A stretch of 64,000 nt of DNA from NCBI GenBank assembly GCA_050084515.1, contig CM114271.1, positions 23,188,001-23,252,000 of the forward strand, written 5' to 3'. Position numbers and translations under genes: made by a program. A model generated the notes under the pieces. It was not told the origin of the DNA, made no database searches, and saw only the letters and a list, made by a program, of their open reading frames with translations. The first letter of the stretch is position 1. Each line of letters begins with the position of its first letter. Source of the DNA: Blasia pusilla (taxonomy: Eukaryota). Positions 52,620-64,000 of this stretch are shown here, piece after piece.

Positions 52620-53988
52620 GCCATCGAGCTCCAATCGCATCTCGCTGACTCGGGCATGGATTATGACTCAACCCATCTGCATCTTGATTGAGCATTCCTG
52701 GTCTATGTACCACCTGAAAATCATACTCTTACAACAACAGAGCCCATCTCGCAAGCTTCCCCGTAAGCTTGTCGGACTCCATCAAGCACTTTAGTGGTTG
52801 ATGATCAGTGATGAAGGTAAAGGGATTGCCGAATAACTAACACCTGAAATGCGCGACAGCCCACACTGCAACCAAGAACTCACCCTCATACGAGCTGTAC
52901 TTCGTGTCTGTAGCGATGTTCGAGCAGCTAGCGTAAGCCACCACAAACTCTGTACCCTCATCATCATGTTGGGTGAGCACCGCTCCAAGCCCCAACATGC
53001 TCCAATCTGTGTGCAACTGGAAAGGACGCCCCCTCATCGGACTCCTCAAGATGGGCGCGGACGTCAACCTATCCTTGAGCAACCGAAATGCTTTCTCTTG
53101 CTCATCCCCCCAATGCCACTCGTGATCCACCTTGGTCAGCAAGGTTAGCGGCTTCGCAATCAAACTGAATCCCTTGACGTACCGCCGATAGAAGTTCGCC
53201 AATCCCATGAATGCGCGAACACGGCTCACATCTGTAGGGCGTGGAATGCGTGAGATAGCCTCTACCTTTGTCTGCTGAACACCAAGGCCCCCTCGGTATA
53301 TCGTATGACCCAAGTACTCAATCTGGTCGTAGAAGAACTTGCACTTGCCAGGATGTAGCTTTAGCCCATGTTATTGCAATCGTCAAAACACCTCCTCTAG
53401 ATGTCGCTCATGCTCCTCAACCGTGGCGCTAAAGACTACGATGTAATCAATATAACACCTAGCAAAATCCAAATGAGCCAAGATCCTATCCATGACCCTC
53501 TGAAACTCAACCGGGGCGTTCTTTAACCCAAATGGTAAGAACGGCCACTGGTACAAACAATCCTTCCCGTGAGGATCGATGCCCCTAAATGCCGTCTTCT
53601 GCCTGTCCTCCAATGTGATAGGCAGCTGATGGTATCCGGCTCGCAAATCCAATGAATTGAAAACCTTTGCACACATCCGCCTATCCGTCCAAGTGCCATG
53701 GACATCCTTCTTGGCGGGCATGACAGTGGCAGATGGATACTCCCCATGCAACATCTCCACTAGTCCTGCTCCAACCAAGTCCTGGCTCCTACTCTGAATC
53801 AGAGCCCTGTCCATATCATTGTGCCTATAGGGCCGTCGAAAGATTGGCGTATCACTCGACAACTCAATGCGGATCCCTGGTCCCTTCAACGTACCCAAAT
53901 CCTCCATGCTAAACGCAAAGCAGCTCCTATAACTCCTGAGGAATTGATGTATTCGGCGCCGCTCTCCTCCTCTAAACTTAGGGCCCAT
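52620..53988 (-). pseudogene. Gypsy reverse transcriptase and RNase H
   Basis: LDLRAGYHQ, KTAF, LPFGLKNAP, CYIDYIVVFS (YxDD decayed), FMGLANFYRRYV, LHTDWS..LGAVLTQ, YSSYEGEFL, QDADGLS. Confidence 0.95.
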
Positions 53989-54359
53989 ATCTGGCTCCCA
54001 AGTCTCTATCGTGACTATGGTAGGACTCTCCGGCGCGGATATCAGTGGTTGCTATGGTGCAACCCCGTCTCAAACAACAATACTTGACCGCTCTCTTACA
54101 GCCAACTGTAAACTCTGATCTCCTCTACATGCAGTGCCCGGAACCACGCTCGATGTTGTGGCTATCATCTCCAGGCGTACCTGCAAAACATCCCAAGAAG
54201 TCCAAGGGTGTCTCTCTTGATCTCCCCTAGTGGACCTTCTCGGGTCTTGGCCCCAGCCACTGCCTCCACCGTCTTGGTAGGAATGGGGCTCACCAACACA
54301 ACTGGTGTGATCTGTCGCGATCTCATCCGACGCTGCTCAGCCACTCCCAAGCTAAAGAT

Positions 54360-55290
54360 CCATGTCAAGCAGTTCAGGTCCATCGCCTAACCCAAGACAT
54401 GGCATCGTGATGCCTCTGATACTGATGGTACTGTCGTCACTCTTGTGGGAAATCCCATCGCCCGCTCTCTCTCGTCGGCGTTGGGCTCCACCAACCTCTG
54501 AACCTGGTCATCCCAAACCAAGCCAGGACCAGCCTCCTTGTATGCATAGGAAGCTGGAAAACTCACAAATGTGGGAAAGGTTGCCCGCGGCTTGCCTGCC
54601 CTATTGACCACAGTCAACGGTGGTCGATCATCATGCCTCATTGCGTATGCGCGACGACCTGGATCCAAAATGGAATCCACTAACAAATGGGAGGGGCGCT
54701 CCACTCTCGCATACACCCTCCGTAACACCGCATGGGGCACCAAGTTGGTCCACCATAGACGCCGGTGATGGGCTCTAGAACCTACACTCGCCGCATCCAA
54801 GAACAGTACTGGGCCGATCCAGGCACACACCTGATGAGCACTTGTCACCACCGGTGACCTGGAGTCTCTTAAGATCGGCACATTCTCCAGAATGTAGGTT
54901 GGCGAACGAGACAAGTGCTCCTGCAAGTGCCGTAAGATCCTCAACATCTCCCAAAACAACCTGCAGCCTCGTCCAACACTCGATTGGCCCTAACATGGCC
55001 AACCGGCAATGACCAAATCAATGGTGCCTAACCGCTCTAAGTCCTGCGCCCCCAACAACGAAATATCCCTCGGTAGGGAAATCTGGTATCCCTATACTGT
55101 GGACGTAGACATGTTGGGAAAACGTAGGCATAACTGCGCTACATGTCGTAGTGAGATGCACCTCGCAACATCATCACTCTCCACATACAGGTACTGTTGT
55201 ACTCGCACTCTTGCCTGCAAAACAACAGCTAACCCGGTGCTAATCCCTCCAAAGAGATCTAACACTCAAATACCCTCCTCCGGGGTACAC
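54360..55290 (-). pseudogene. DNMT3/DRM-like C5 cytosine DNA methyltransferase domain inside the retrotransposon polyprotein
   Basis: One reading frame with 4 stops: motif I VLDLFGGI (55242-55265), II YLYVESD, III PRDISLL, IV IDLVIAGWPC*G (PC at 54993-54998), V LFWEMLRIL, VI YILENV, VII LDAASV, VIII AHHRRLWWTNL, IX EPNADERERAMGFP, X RCHVLG*AMDL. Confidence 0.93.
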
Positions 55291-55664
55291 CACACAATGG
55301 GTGTGGTATCCAAGGGTGTCATCGTAGCACTCCCTGCTACCTCGGGTTCCTCAGACCCATCATGCTCCGGTGCAAACGCCTCGCTCCACGCGGTTTGCAC
55401 ATGCTCATCTGCCAATCGTCACAGCTCCTCAGTCGAGCCCCACGGCGGCACCTCTCCTCCACATAATGATGCGGTTACCATAACACTCCTCTCCATAGAA
55501 ATGTCAGGAACGGGAGTATCCTCTGCATGGACATGTCCCTCAATCAAATCACTAGGTCAAGTGATGGCACTGCTAAATTCTGCAAAGTTCGCCATCTCTC
55601 CTGGCCGTTGCTCGATCACTACACATGTGAATCAAACGGGTAATGAGCTAAGGCACCCATCACT

Positions 55665-56027
55665 TCACTGCCATCTTGGTCTATAGCATGCTAACTCTTC
55701 CCAGTAATCCCCGGAAAATCCCATCGGGTATAACACTGCTCCACCAACCAAGATGTCGTAGGACTCTATATAAGTCACTATCGCCTTGGCTCGCACCACG
55801 GACTCATCTGTAGGATGTCCCGGGCGAATCCTCACCACGACCTCCTGTCGGGTGATATACTCCGTGGTACTCGCTCCACCCAAGGATGTCTGTATCCGGA
55901 ATGGACAACGCTCCACATCGGCTCTCGTCAAGCCCAATCCTCTGAATGACGCTTTCCCCAACATCAGGGGTTGCACTCTTGAATCCAACAAGACGTGCTG
56001 CAGACTAAAAGCTCTACCTCCGGACAA
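55665..56027 (-). pseudogene. Retrotransposon aspartic protease-like domain
   Basis: VLLDSRVQPLMLG (LDSG-like) ... YDILVG. Confidence 0.75.
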
Positions 56028-56036
56028 CGTGAAAGA

Positions 56037-57720
56037 CTAGGGAAGCCTAGTTCGTTTCCTGGCTCCCCCTTGTTGTGGATCCAACTCTGCGGCTGCCCCA
56101 CGCGTCACAACTGCGGTAGCCTCCATCTGGGCAACCCGGCACATCCAACCAAGATCCTCCATATCTCCTGGCTGCTCCATATGATGTCGATGCCACGGAT
56201 CCAGCGTCGGTAATCTCAATGCCATAGTGGCAATCTGCTCATGTAGCTGATGTATCTGAGCACCCATCCTAGCCTCACGCCCGGCATCTCCCTCCACGCA
56301 TCTAGGTGGTAGGAGCCTACCTCCTCCACGGGCAGCTCCACCACCCTGTCGGGCAAGTCCAGCTCCTCGTCCACCAACGGGACCACCTGGTGCATAATCT
56401 CTAGGCCCACCCGGACCGGCTACTCGCTCTGGTGCCCTCTCTCGCCCTCGGTCCGGATGTAACTCAGAATGTAAACTGAAATACCTGGCGCGTGTATGAC
56501 CATACCTCTGACAATAGTCACACTGATAACCTCCTGGTGTAGCACCATCTCCTCCTCCATGCTGAGGCACACGTCCATGACCATGACGAGTGCATTCGTG
56601 CTGATGATGGGCTCCACCACATGACCAACAAGTAATAGTAGGCTGCTGTTGAGCCGCATATGAAGGCGCAGGTCTCTATGGTACGGCCTCCTGATACCCT
56701 CCTTGAGCTCGTGGTGCCACAGTCGACCTATCTTGGAGTCCACGTTCTTTGCCACGTAGTCTGCATAATCGTGGATCGCTCTTGCCAGAACCCATGGTGG
56801 CTACGCTCTCCTCCGCCATGTTGCGCTCAATGTTCTCGGCGGTCCTAAAAACATCTCTCAACATAGGGGAGGTGTTCATAAGAAGCACCCCCTCCCGCAC
56901 CCGTGTCCACAGGGTCCGGTCCAGCATCGCATACTATGACTGGATAGCCTGAGCCTCTATCACCCCCTGAGTGACGTTGATCAATCGGCGCAAGCAAGTG
57001 TAAGCCTCACGCAAAATCTCATCCGGGCGCCTCTCGAAGTCGTGGATGCTATGCAACTTCTCCGTCCGTACCCCCTGGTAGCTCACCCTCAACTCAGCAA
57101 AGAACTCAACCACATGGTTGAACGTGGGACAAACCTGACTAGACGGTGCAACTACTCCCGTGCGAGTGACCCCTCCTAAAATGTCACAGTGGAAGAGGAA
57201 GTAGCCTCTCCTGACTCTTCCTTCTCATCTAGGAACGGCTCCGTCCATGACACATAATATGGGTCATAGTAGAGCCTCCATACCTCGATCTCACTTGCAT
57301 ATCTCTGAGAGAACTCATGGTAATCGTCCATGGGCGCCCCCTCTAAATGCTGGAACATACCGTTCCATGTTGTAAACGGGTTGTACTCTCTAGAGTTCCT
57401 GGCCCGTTGGGAGTCGCACTAACTCCTAAACTTTGCTATGAAATCGTGCAACTCTATCGTGCCTACTGCACCTGAAAACCTATGCGGTCCTCTACCCCGA
57501 TCGTCCATCTCGTACGCCCAACTGGTAGGACCACTCACAATGTATGGCGATGTGCTCAAAAAATCCTCTACACGCTCCCCCTTGTCTAAAGATGACACAG
57601 AAGGAGATCGAGGTGGTCTCTCATATGGAGACCCTCGAAACCTCGCACCACTCTGGGTAAACCCTCCAGAGCTACTCTCAGGTCCACTACCTCACCTCTC
57701 AAAATCCTGAAAGGATGCCA
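56037..57720 (-). pseudogene. Gag (capsid-like region, CCHC knuckle, Gly/Arg-rich tail)
   Basis: CDYCQRYGHTRARY knuckle remnant; homologous to the gag pieces at 16.6-17.2 kb, 17.8-19.4 kb and 63.8-64.0 kb. Confidence 0.8.
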
Positions 57721-60018
57721 TGATGGCCCTCATGCCCCTCTCACACGATCATTCTCAACCTCGCGAGTAATCCCTCAATCACTCATCCCAAACATGCAGC
57801 ACTCCATCTACACTCTCCCTCCCCGAGACGGGTAACGTGCGGCAACAAGCGGCGTGGTGCGGTAAATCGACCAGGCTATCATCTCATCGACAACCTACCC
57901 TCAACTCCGGACATCCCACACACGTCTATGTACCCTAAACCACATACATAAATGATGCTCTCAGCATCCACACACCCAATATCCCCAAATAAACTACCCA
58001 AATCCCATAATCCCTCACGTGCAGGGTAAAGGACCAGAATGGGTAACCTGAACACATGTCGATGTCCCTCCTCAGCAATTGCAAATCTCGACCCCAACTC
58101 GGTCATGGAGACAAATCCTCCAATCAGAAAGTCACACTCCTCCCGTACTGACACTGCTTAAAACTCCTTGATGGATAGTGCAGTTCCAGTGGAAAGGTGC
58201 GGCGTTGCAGGCGGCACGGAACGACTACAAACGGCACGGCCCTCGATGGTGGGATGCGGCACTCGGCGGCATACCCTCCTCAATCAACAATAAACCCACA
58301 CTCTGCACCACAATGACGGTGCGGCTCCGCAATCGAGAGGGTGCAGTGCGGCCACGAGCGGCACGACGCGGCAATTGGCGGCCGGTTGCGGCTACAGGCG
58401 TCACGACACGGTACTCAATCGTCGTCGAGCGGCTACCAATCACAACATAGCAGCATGAAATCAAAACTCAAACACCATAACCGGAGGTCATCTACCATCA
58501 CTGGTTGATGACAAAACTGCGATAATGGTGGCGACCAAACCAAAGTACGTGGTGGCGGTGCAAGTGAGAGAATCAACGGTGGTCGTGGGAGATCCTCCAC
58601 TTTGTAATGGCGGCAATAGCAACCAAAGGGTGGACAACGTCCGAATGCAGCTCTGAGCAACGCTGGCCAACTGCAAAGGCCAACGGTAGCTGGAGGACGG
58701 TGGACCATTGACGATGACAGTTGACCATTGATTGGTGATGGTGACTATGATGGCGACGGCCGGTTTAGGGTTGAACAATTTAACCCTAAAAATCACCTAG
58801 CAATGGAAAATTTTCAAGATTGAGCATAACTTTTTACTCGCAACTCCAAATTGTGCACCGTTTGTTGCACAACGTGCACAGATTTATGATCTACAACAAT
58901 GTCAAAAAATATTTGGAATTGGGCATTCCAATAAAACTGACAGGGACTGTTATAAAGCCCAGTGTCTCTTTCTCCTACACAAAATTTGGCAGCGCTTCCG
59001 GGCTGATTTCTCCCAACCAAAATATAAGACCTGTAAAAATACAAATCAGCAAGCTACATGGTACTCTTGAGAGCACCGGTATGGGGCAACATGTCCCCAT
59101 AATTAATCTCTATCAGAAATGGGCAGCGCTTCCGCGCGCCACTCTTCCACACGAAAAATCGGCAAATGCAAAGAACAATCAAAGCAGCCCTTGCTCCGGT
59201 GAGCACTCCCATGAGCCGCTGAACGGGGAACACGGTCCCCAACCTGCAAAAACAGCGAGTGACCAGCGAGCTCCCCCATGAAGCTTTCTCACTCTCTCAT
59301 TCTCTCTTTGTAAAGTAAAATCCAATCTCTCTCTACACCATCTCACACCATAGCTCTCAAAGGTGTGCACTCTCTCTCATGTCAAACCAAACCCACTCTC
59401 CTTATGAGAGGCTTGGGTTACACTCACAAGGCAAGGGACCATAGTTCCGCCGCCTCATGCCAAGAGGTTCAACAAAGAGAGAATGAGCTCTCAAGCTCTC
59501 TCTCCTTGAGGTATATCCCTCCCCTCTCCCAAGCTCTTTCCATGGTAACCTATTCTCCCAAGTCACCTCCTTGGCTCTTGACCTGATGTAGGAGGTCAAG
59601 GGCCACTTGAAAAAAATAAAATTTGATCATATATTCAAAATGGTACTTACCTAAAATAGTAAGTTCCTCAATATGGCTCCAAATGAGCCGAAACGAAGGG
59701 GAAACCTGCACGTCATCATCGACCTATTGAGCGTGTCCTCCACTAATCACGAAAGCGCTCTACTAGATCTCACCGATCTATCCTAAAAGATGTGATAGCC
59801 TACATGGAGAGGACTACCAATGTTTAAGCAAACAGTGTACTATCCGACTCACAAAGAGCTATGACCTCAACCAAGACCAAGAAACAATTTCCCAATATGG
59901 TTTTTTAATACGATTCCAATCCTTCATGTTGCTTCATATGCTTTGTTTGAGGGTTTTTTATGTGATGATGTTGATCACTATGAATTGTGTTGTCTTGATT
60001 TAAGGTCATTCCTCTCTT

Positions 60019-60240
60019 AAAAAACCCAAAATAGAATGGATTTAGGAGAATGAGAGAATATTTCTTGATTTATATGAAGAAAGTTACTTCCACCATTGTA
60101 ATCAAGGTAATGTGAGCCAAAATCAATGGCAATTGCGTGCAATTCTCATGAATGAAAGATGACAAGTATCCATACCATATGAGCCACAAATGTTAAGAAA
60201 AAAAATAGATGGGTTAGTAAAAAAGTAAAAAATGAAACAA
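60019..60240 (+). pseudogene. Decayed Myb/SANT-like (trihelix) domain, probably from a PIF/Harbinger element
   Basis: KKPKIEWI*ENERIFLDLYEESYFHHCNQGNVSQNQWQLRAILMNER, then after a frameshift LRKKIDGLVKK. Confidence 0.5.
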
Positions 60241-60774
60241 GGTCAAACAGGTGCCTAACCAAGTGAGTGGGAATATTATGCTCAAATACACAAGTTTAGA
60301 GGTCCATCACCAAAGGAATCAAGAATACCAAGTGCATGTGATGGTGGTAATAACATCCAAAAATCCATTGCTATGGACGTTTTTGTTCGATTTGAGTGAA
60401 GAATACCTCATTCTATTGAATCTCAACCATCATTTATTCACATTCTATTCGATGAGGATGAGAAATTTGTGGATCAGTTGAGTGATCCACCTATTCATCC
60501 ATTAATATAAAGATACACTATTATGTGAACAAATGTTCCAATAGATATGTCTCGATCCCACACATCCAATATGAATTCAAGTGAAGCTCTACCTATCAAA
60601 AACAGTCCCAAAAGCAAAGCATGTTCCCGACCGAGAATTACAAGACAACCAAACAAAAAAGAAAGTCGAAAGATACTAGTGCCAAGGTTACACAATCAAT
60701 GAATGCCTTTTTTCAAGTTTTGAAGGAGACAAGTGAGAAGAAAGCTCAACAAGAAGATGTGAGAAAATAGAAAG

Positions 60775-61165
60775 TGACGAAATCACTGAAATCTTTACAA
60801 AACTTAGAGATACAAAGTAGCCTAGTCCGTCCGTGCGCTCACAGAAGAGCTTCAATGGAACCTGAACATGGAGATAACTCGGCATACGAGAATGCGCTAC
60901 CGTTGCGGCTCACGACTATTTCACTACTCGGGAAAACTAGGGTTTTTACCTATTTTTCTTTGTTTCTATTAATAGAAAAATTTTGCCCCGCACTCTGATG
61001 CAATATAGGGTAAGATAAACCTAGTAATACTACTCCTAAAACCACCTATATCATATTACTATGACTCCTTCGATGTCTAAGTCGGAACCATCAATCTAGG
61101 CTTCTCCTCATACAAGGGGGCCGATCAGATTAATGGTACTTAGAGAAGTGGATGTTGAGAATCCA
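60775..61165 (+). repeat. About 400-bp direct copy of 26588-27002 (region upstream of the Helitron ORF)
   Basis: Shared strings gtgcgctcacagaagagctt, gactatttcactactcggga and aatctaggcttctcctcata. Confidence 0.88.
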
Positions 61166-62033
61166 ACAGAAGATAAAATATTGGCACTCATATCTCAAAT
61201 TTTTGAACTTTTCCGTACCCCGCCTCAAGCACACAATTGTTTGCTTGAGTATTATGCTCACCTAAGCTACTGATACCCTTGGGTCATACACAAGGCTCCT
61301 ACCCAAAAATCGCCCTGTACCCAAAAATATGATTTAAGCGCAAGAAGTCTATACTCAACACCATGGCTATCCCCATCTAGCAGAAGCTCTACCCAATACC
61401 CATCACCCTCAATGACACGAGACAAGTGTGAGAAAAGATACTGGAATGGGTAACCTAAACATACACGCCATCACTCTATTGTATGGTCGATATTCATTGC
61501 TCCATGTGATGTGGCAACCTCCATAATCTCTAATAATAATCTCCTCGAACAACACGTCAAACCTCCCATAAGCCCATACGGACTAGCCATTGGCATTGGT
61601 GTGTGTCTTCACGTCTACCACTCCGTCGAGGAGCACCCATCTTGCCTCCGGTCAGCAAAGTAGTGGTAGGTCGAAACCGTGTGAACAACTCCATGTGGCT
61701 AGAAAATCTTGCCACCAATGGCAAACCCCAAGAAATGACAAATCGCAAAACAACTCCTCTGCTATGTAATGCCCTCACTGGGTGAGCATCATAGTCTGGC
61801 TATGTTTGTCCTTACCACGTAGCCACCTGAACATACAATCAACTTGATCACATAGCTCAGCTAAAACTCATACCTCCATTGTGCCATGGAGCCTAACTCA
61901 CCATGTCCGACTAGTCCCTTAACTCATGCATTGCAACTACCACATCAATCCACTCGAACCTTGTATCAACATTACCATATCGGCGTGGCCCCATAGTAAT
62001 AGACCGCCGCTACTCTTTTTGCCTTCACTCCTT

Positions 62034-64000
62034 TGTCACATCTGAGTAGCCGATAGGCCGAGATCTATCGTGGATAGGGCGTAGGAGCTAGCGGACTATC
62101 TTGAGTGCAACTTTGTCCCACAGTGTCGGATGAGGTTGAGGATAGGTCCATTGTGTCAGAACGCGTCGTTTCGGCGACTTTCATGTTGAGGTCTTTTACA
62201 GTACCGGGTGACTTGTGGACAGGTCACTGCCCCTGGTAACTGTCTTGCTTGAGTTACCAAGGAAGGGCTATTTTAGGGAAGAGCCTTTTGGCTCTTCCCA
62301 ACCTATATAAGAGAGGAAGATGGCTTTCCTAAGCCATCTTTCTCATGTTGGGCCGTTGGAGCACCTCCCTTGTATGTGTGTGAGCTAGGACTAGGGTGCT
62401 AGCGTCCGGATTCCTTGATAGCACAGGGTGGACGAGGCTCGATATGCCGATGTAGATTGAGGAGTGGAGTTTTAGGCCGGGTGTGCCGTTTTTACTACTC
62501 GTTATTTTTACATGAGAAAGATGTTAGGGGGCTGGTGGGAATTCTTTGTTTGCAGGTAGGCAAACGAGTTGCCTTGGTCGGGAGCCCCTGGAGACGTGTG
62601 TGTGACGTTGTGTGTCATTTTTTCTGTTCGGAAGGCCGTGGGCGGAAGCGCTGTCCATTTTTCTCAGATTTTTCTGGTGAGGATTGATGGGGGACAACAG
62701 CCAAGTGTAGCGTGTGGTGGGGCGTCGGGTGTACGCAAGTAAGGGTGTCGAGAGAGAAGGAAAGGGCAGGTTTGGGTCTTGCAGCCGCAGGGGGCTGTCA
62801 AGTAAAGACGGCTAGGTTAGGTCGCAAAGTTTAGGGTTAGGGCGCGGACGGCTGGGCGCGGACGGGCTGGGCGCGTGACGGCGTGATGGGCGCGTGGCAG
62901 GGCGCGGACGCCTCCCCCTGCATTTAGGGCCCAAGGGGCCCGCATAGGGCCGCGGTCCAAGTTTTTTCCCCCTCTCCGACGTGGTAGCACCGACCATAGT
63001 CGGTCGGACGATTAGCTTGTCGATACGTGGTTGGCAGGACAGACGAGGTTAGTCGGACGAACGTGAGTTGAGATTTTCCGGACATGAGTGGGAGCCGACC
63101 AGGCTTAGTTACGTTACATACCGCGCGTGGGGATAGACAGAGGGGTTTGCGCGACATGATGTTTTGGGGTGCGACAGGGTTGCGAGAGTTTACGATGGAG
63201 GGGCAGTGTGCATGATGCCGACGGGTTGTCGCATCTGTTGACGGGAGGATCGACGTGTTGGTCGAGGGGAGTGTTATGTGGCGGAGATTTTCATATCATG
63301 TGGAGGAGTGCATATTGACGGTGAAGCAGGCTGGAGGGCGTAATCAGGTTACCCTTTCGAGTCCCTTTTCCCGCACTTGTTGTGTGTGATTGAGAGTGCT
63401 GGGTATCGGGTAGTAGCTGGTGCTAGATGGGTGCAATGATGGTGACGAGTGTAGATTCTTTTCATGTGTAGCATGTTGGTGGATATACGGCGGTTGCCAA
63501 GTAGGGGTCGCGTGTATGACCCGAGAGAGTGTCGCTAGGTTAGATGAGTCAGTTGGGAGGCTCATGGTGAGCCCGAGTGTTGAGCGTGCGTGATGCCGGG
63601 TATGTCATCACGGGATTGACGTTAGCATAGGTGAGCTAGTGAGGTGTGTGGGAGACTCTCGGTGAGTCTGAGTGCTTGAGCGGGTGAGACAGGGTTTGTC
63701 ATCACGGCGTTCTTCCAGGGTTCGGAAGAACGGGGTAGTGCGAGCAGTGGTAGTGGTGTGACATGGAGTGGAGTGAGATACCGAGGGGTTACTAGTGAGG
63801 AGCTCCCTCGACATCCATCCGTGACTGGATCGACATCACTGGACACTGGGTCTGGTGACGAGATCACCGACAGAGACAGTAGTACTTGGCAGGAGATGGA
63901 CGACATGGGCCATCGGGGCATGCGTCGTTTCTCGGGTGCTGTGGGCACCATCGACTTACATGATTTCATCCAGGAGTTCGACACATGGTGCGACTTCCAG
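62034..64000 (+). mobile_element. 5' end of a Gypsy family B element (LTR starting TG, leader, gag N-terminus), continuing beyond the window
   Basis: Starts tgtcaca at 62034. LTR matches the 7.9 kb and 24 kb copies. Ends in WQEMDDMGHRGMRRFSGAVGTIDLHDFIQEFDTWCDFQ. Confidence 0.85.

Larger units (their letters stand above)
51407..59790 (-). mobile_element. Ty3/Gypsy LTR retrotransposon family A, decayed: LTR-gag-protease-C5 DNA methyltransferase-RT-RNase H-(deleted) integrase-PHD finger-partial LTR
   Basis: Domain motifs read in order on the minus strand. Direct repeat 51407-51625 matches 59311-59530 and flanks the internal region. Confidence 0.9.

Noticed and set aside
55009-55686. 225-aa plus-strand ORF as a separate gene
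   Set aside because: It is the antisense shadow of the DNMT/pol frame and has no recognisable motifs.
62829-62842. Telomere-like tttagggttaggg (similar at about 6685-6700)
   Set aside because: Only about 2 units, inside TE sequence; not an interstitial telomere array.

Overview
Eukaryotic DNA, most likely from a non-flowering plant: it has spliced genes, dense decayed transposons and a ciliary Chibby-like gene. Two intact spliced host genes lie on the minus strand, a 4-exon Chibby-like gene (10071-12059) and a 5-exon secreted bicupin/11S-globulin-like gene (37555-41781). The rest is mostly nested TE relics: Copia fragments, two related Gypsy families, a Helitron RepHel, hAT-type MITEs and CRE-clade non-LTR 3' ends. 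Two DNA methyltransferase-like sequences stand out. (1) A Gypsy element (about 51.4-59.8 kb, minus) carries a complete DNMT3-like C5 cytosine methyltransferase domain between protease and RT, plus a PHD finger after the integrase. (2) A decayed, intron-containing beta-class N6A/N4C methyltransferase-like gene (about 1.0-2.3 kb, minus) has about 20 copies of a 29-bp palindrome in and around it, mostly in putative introns. All protein assignments come from manual translation and motif recognition; no database searches were run. Edges of decayed TEs are approximate.
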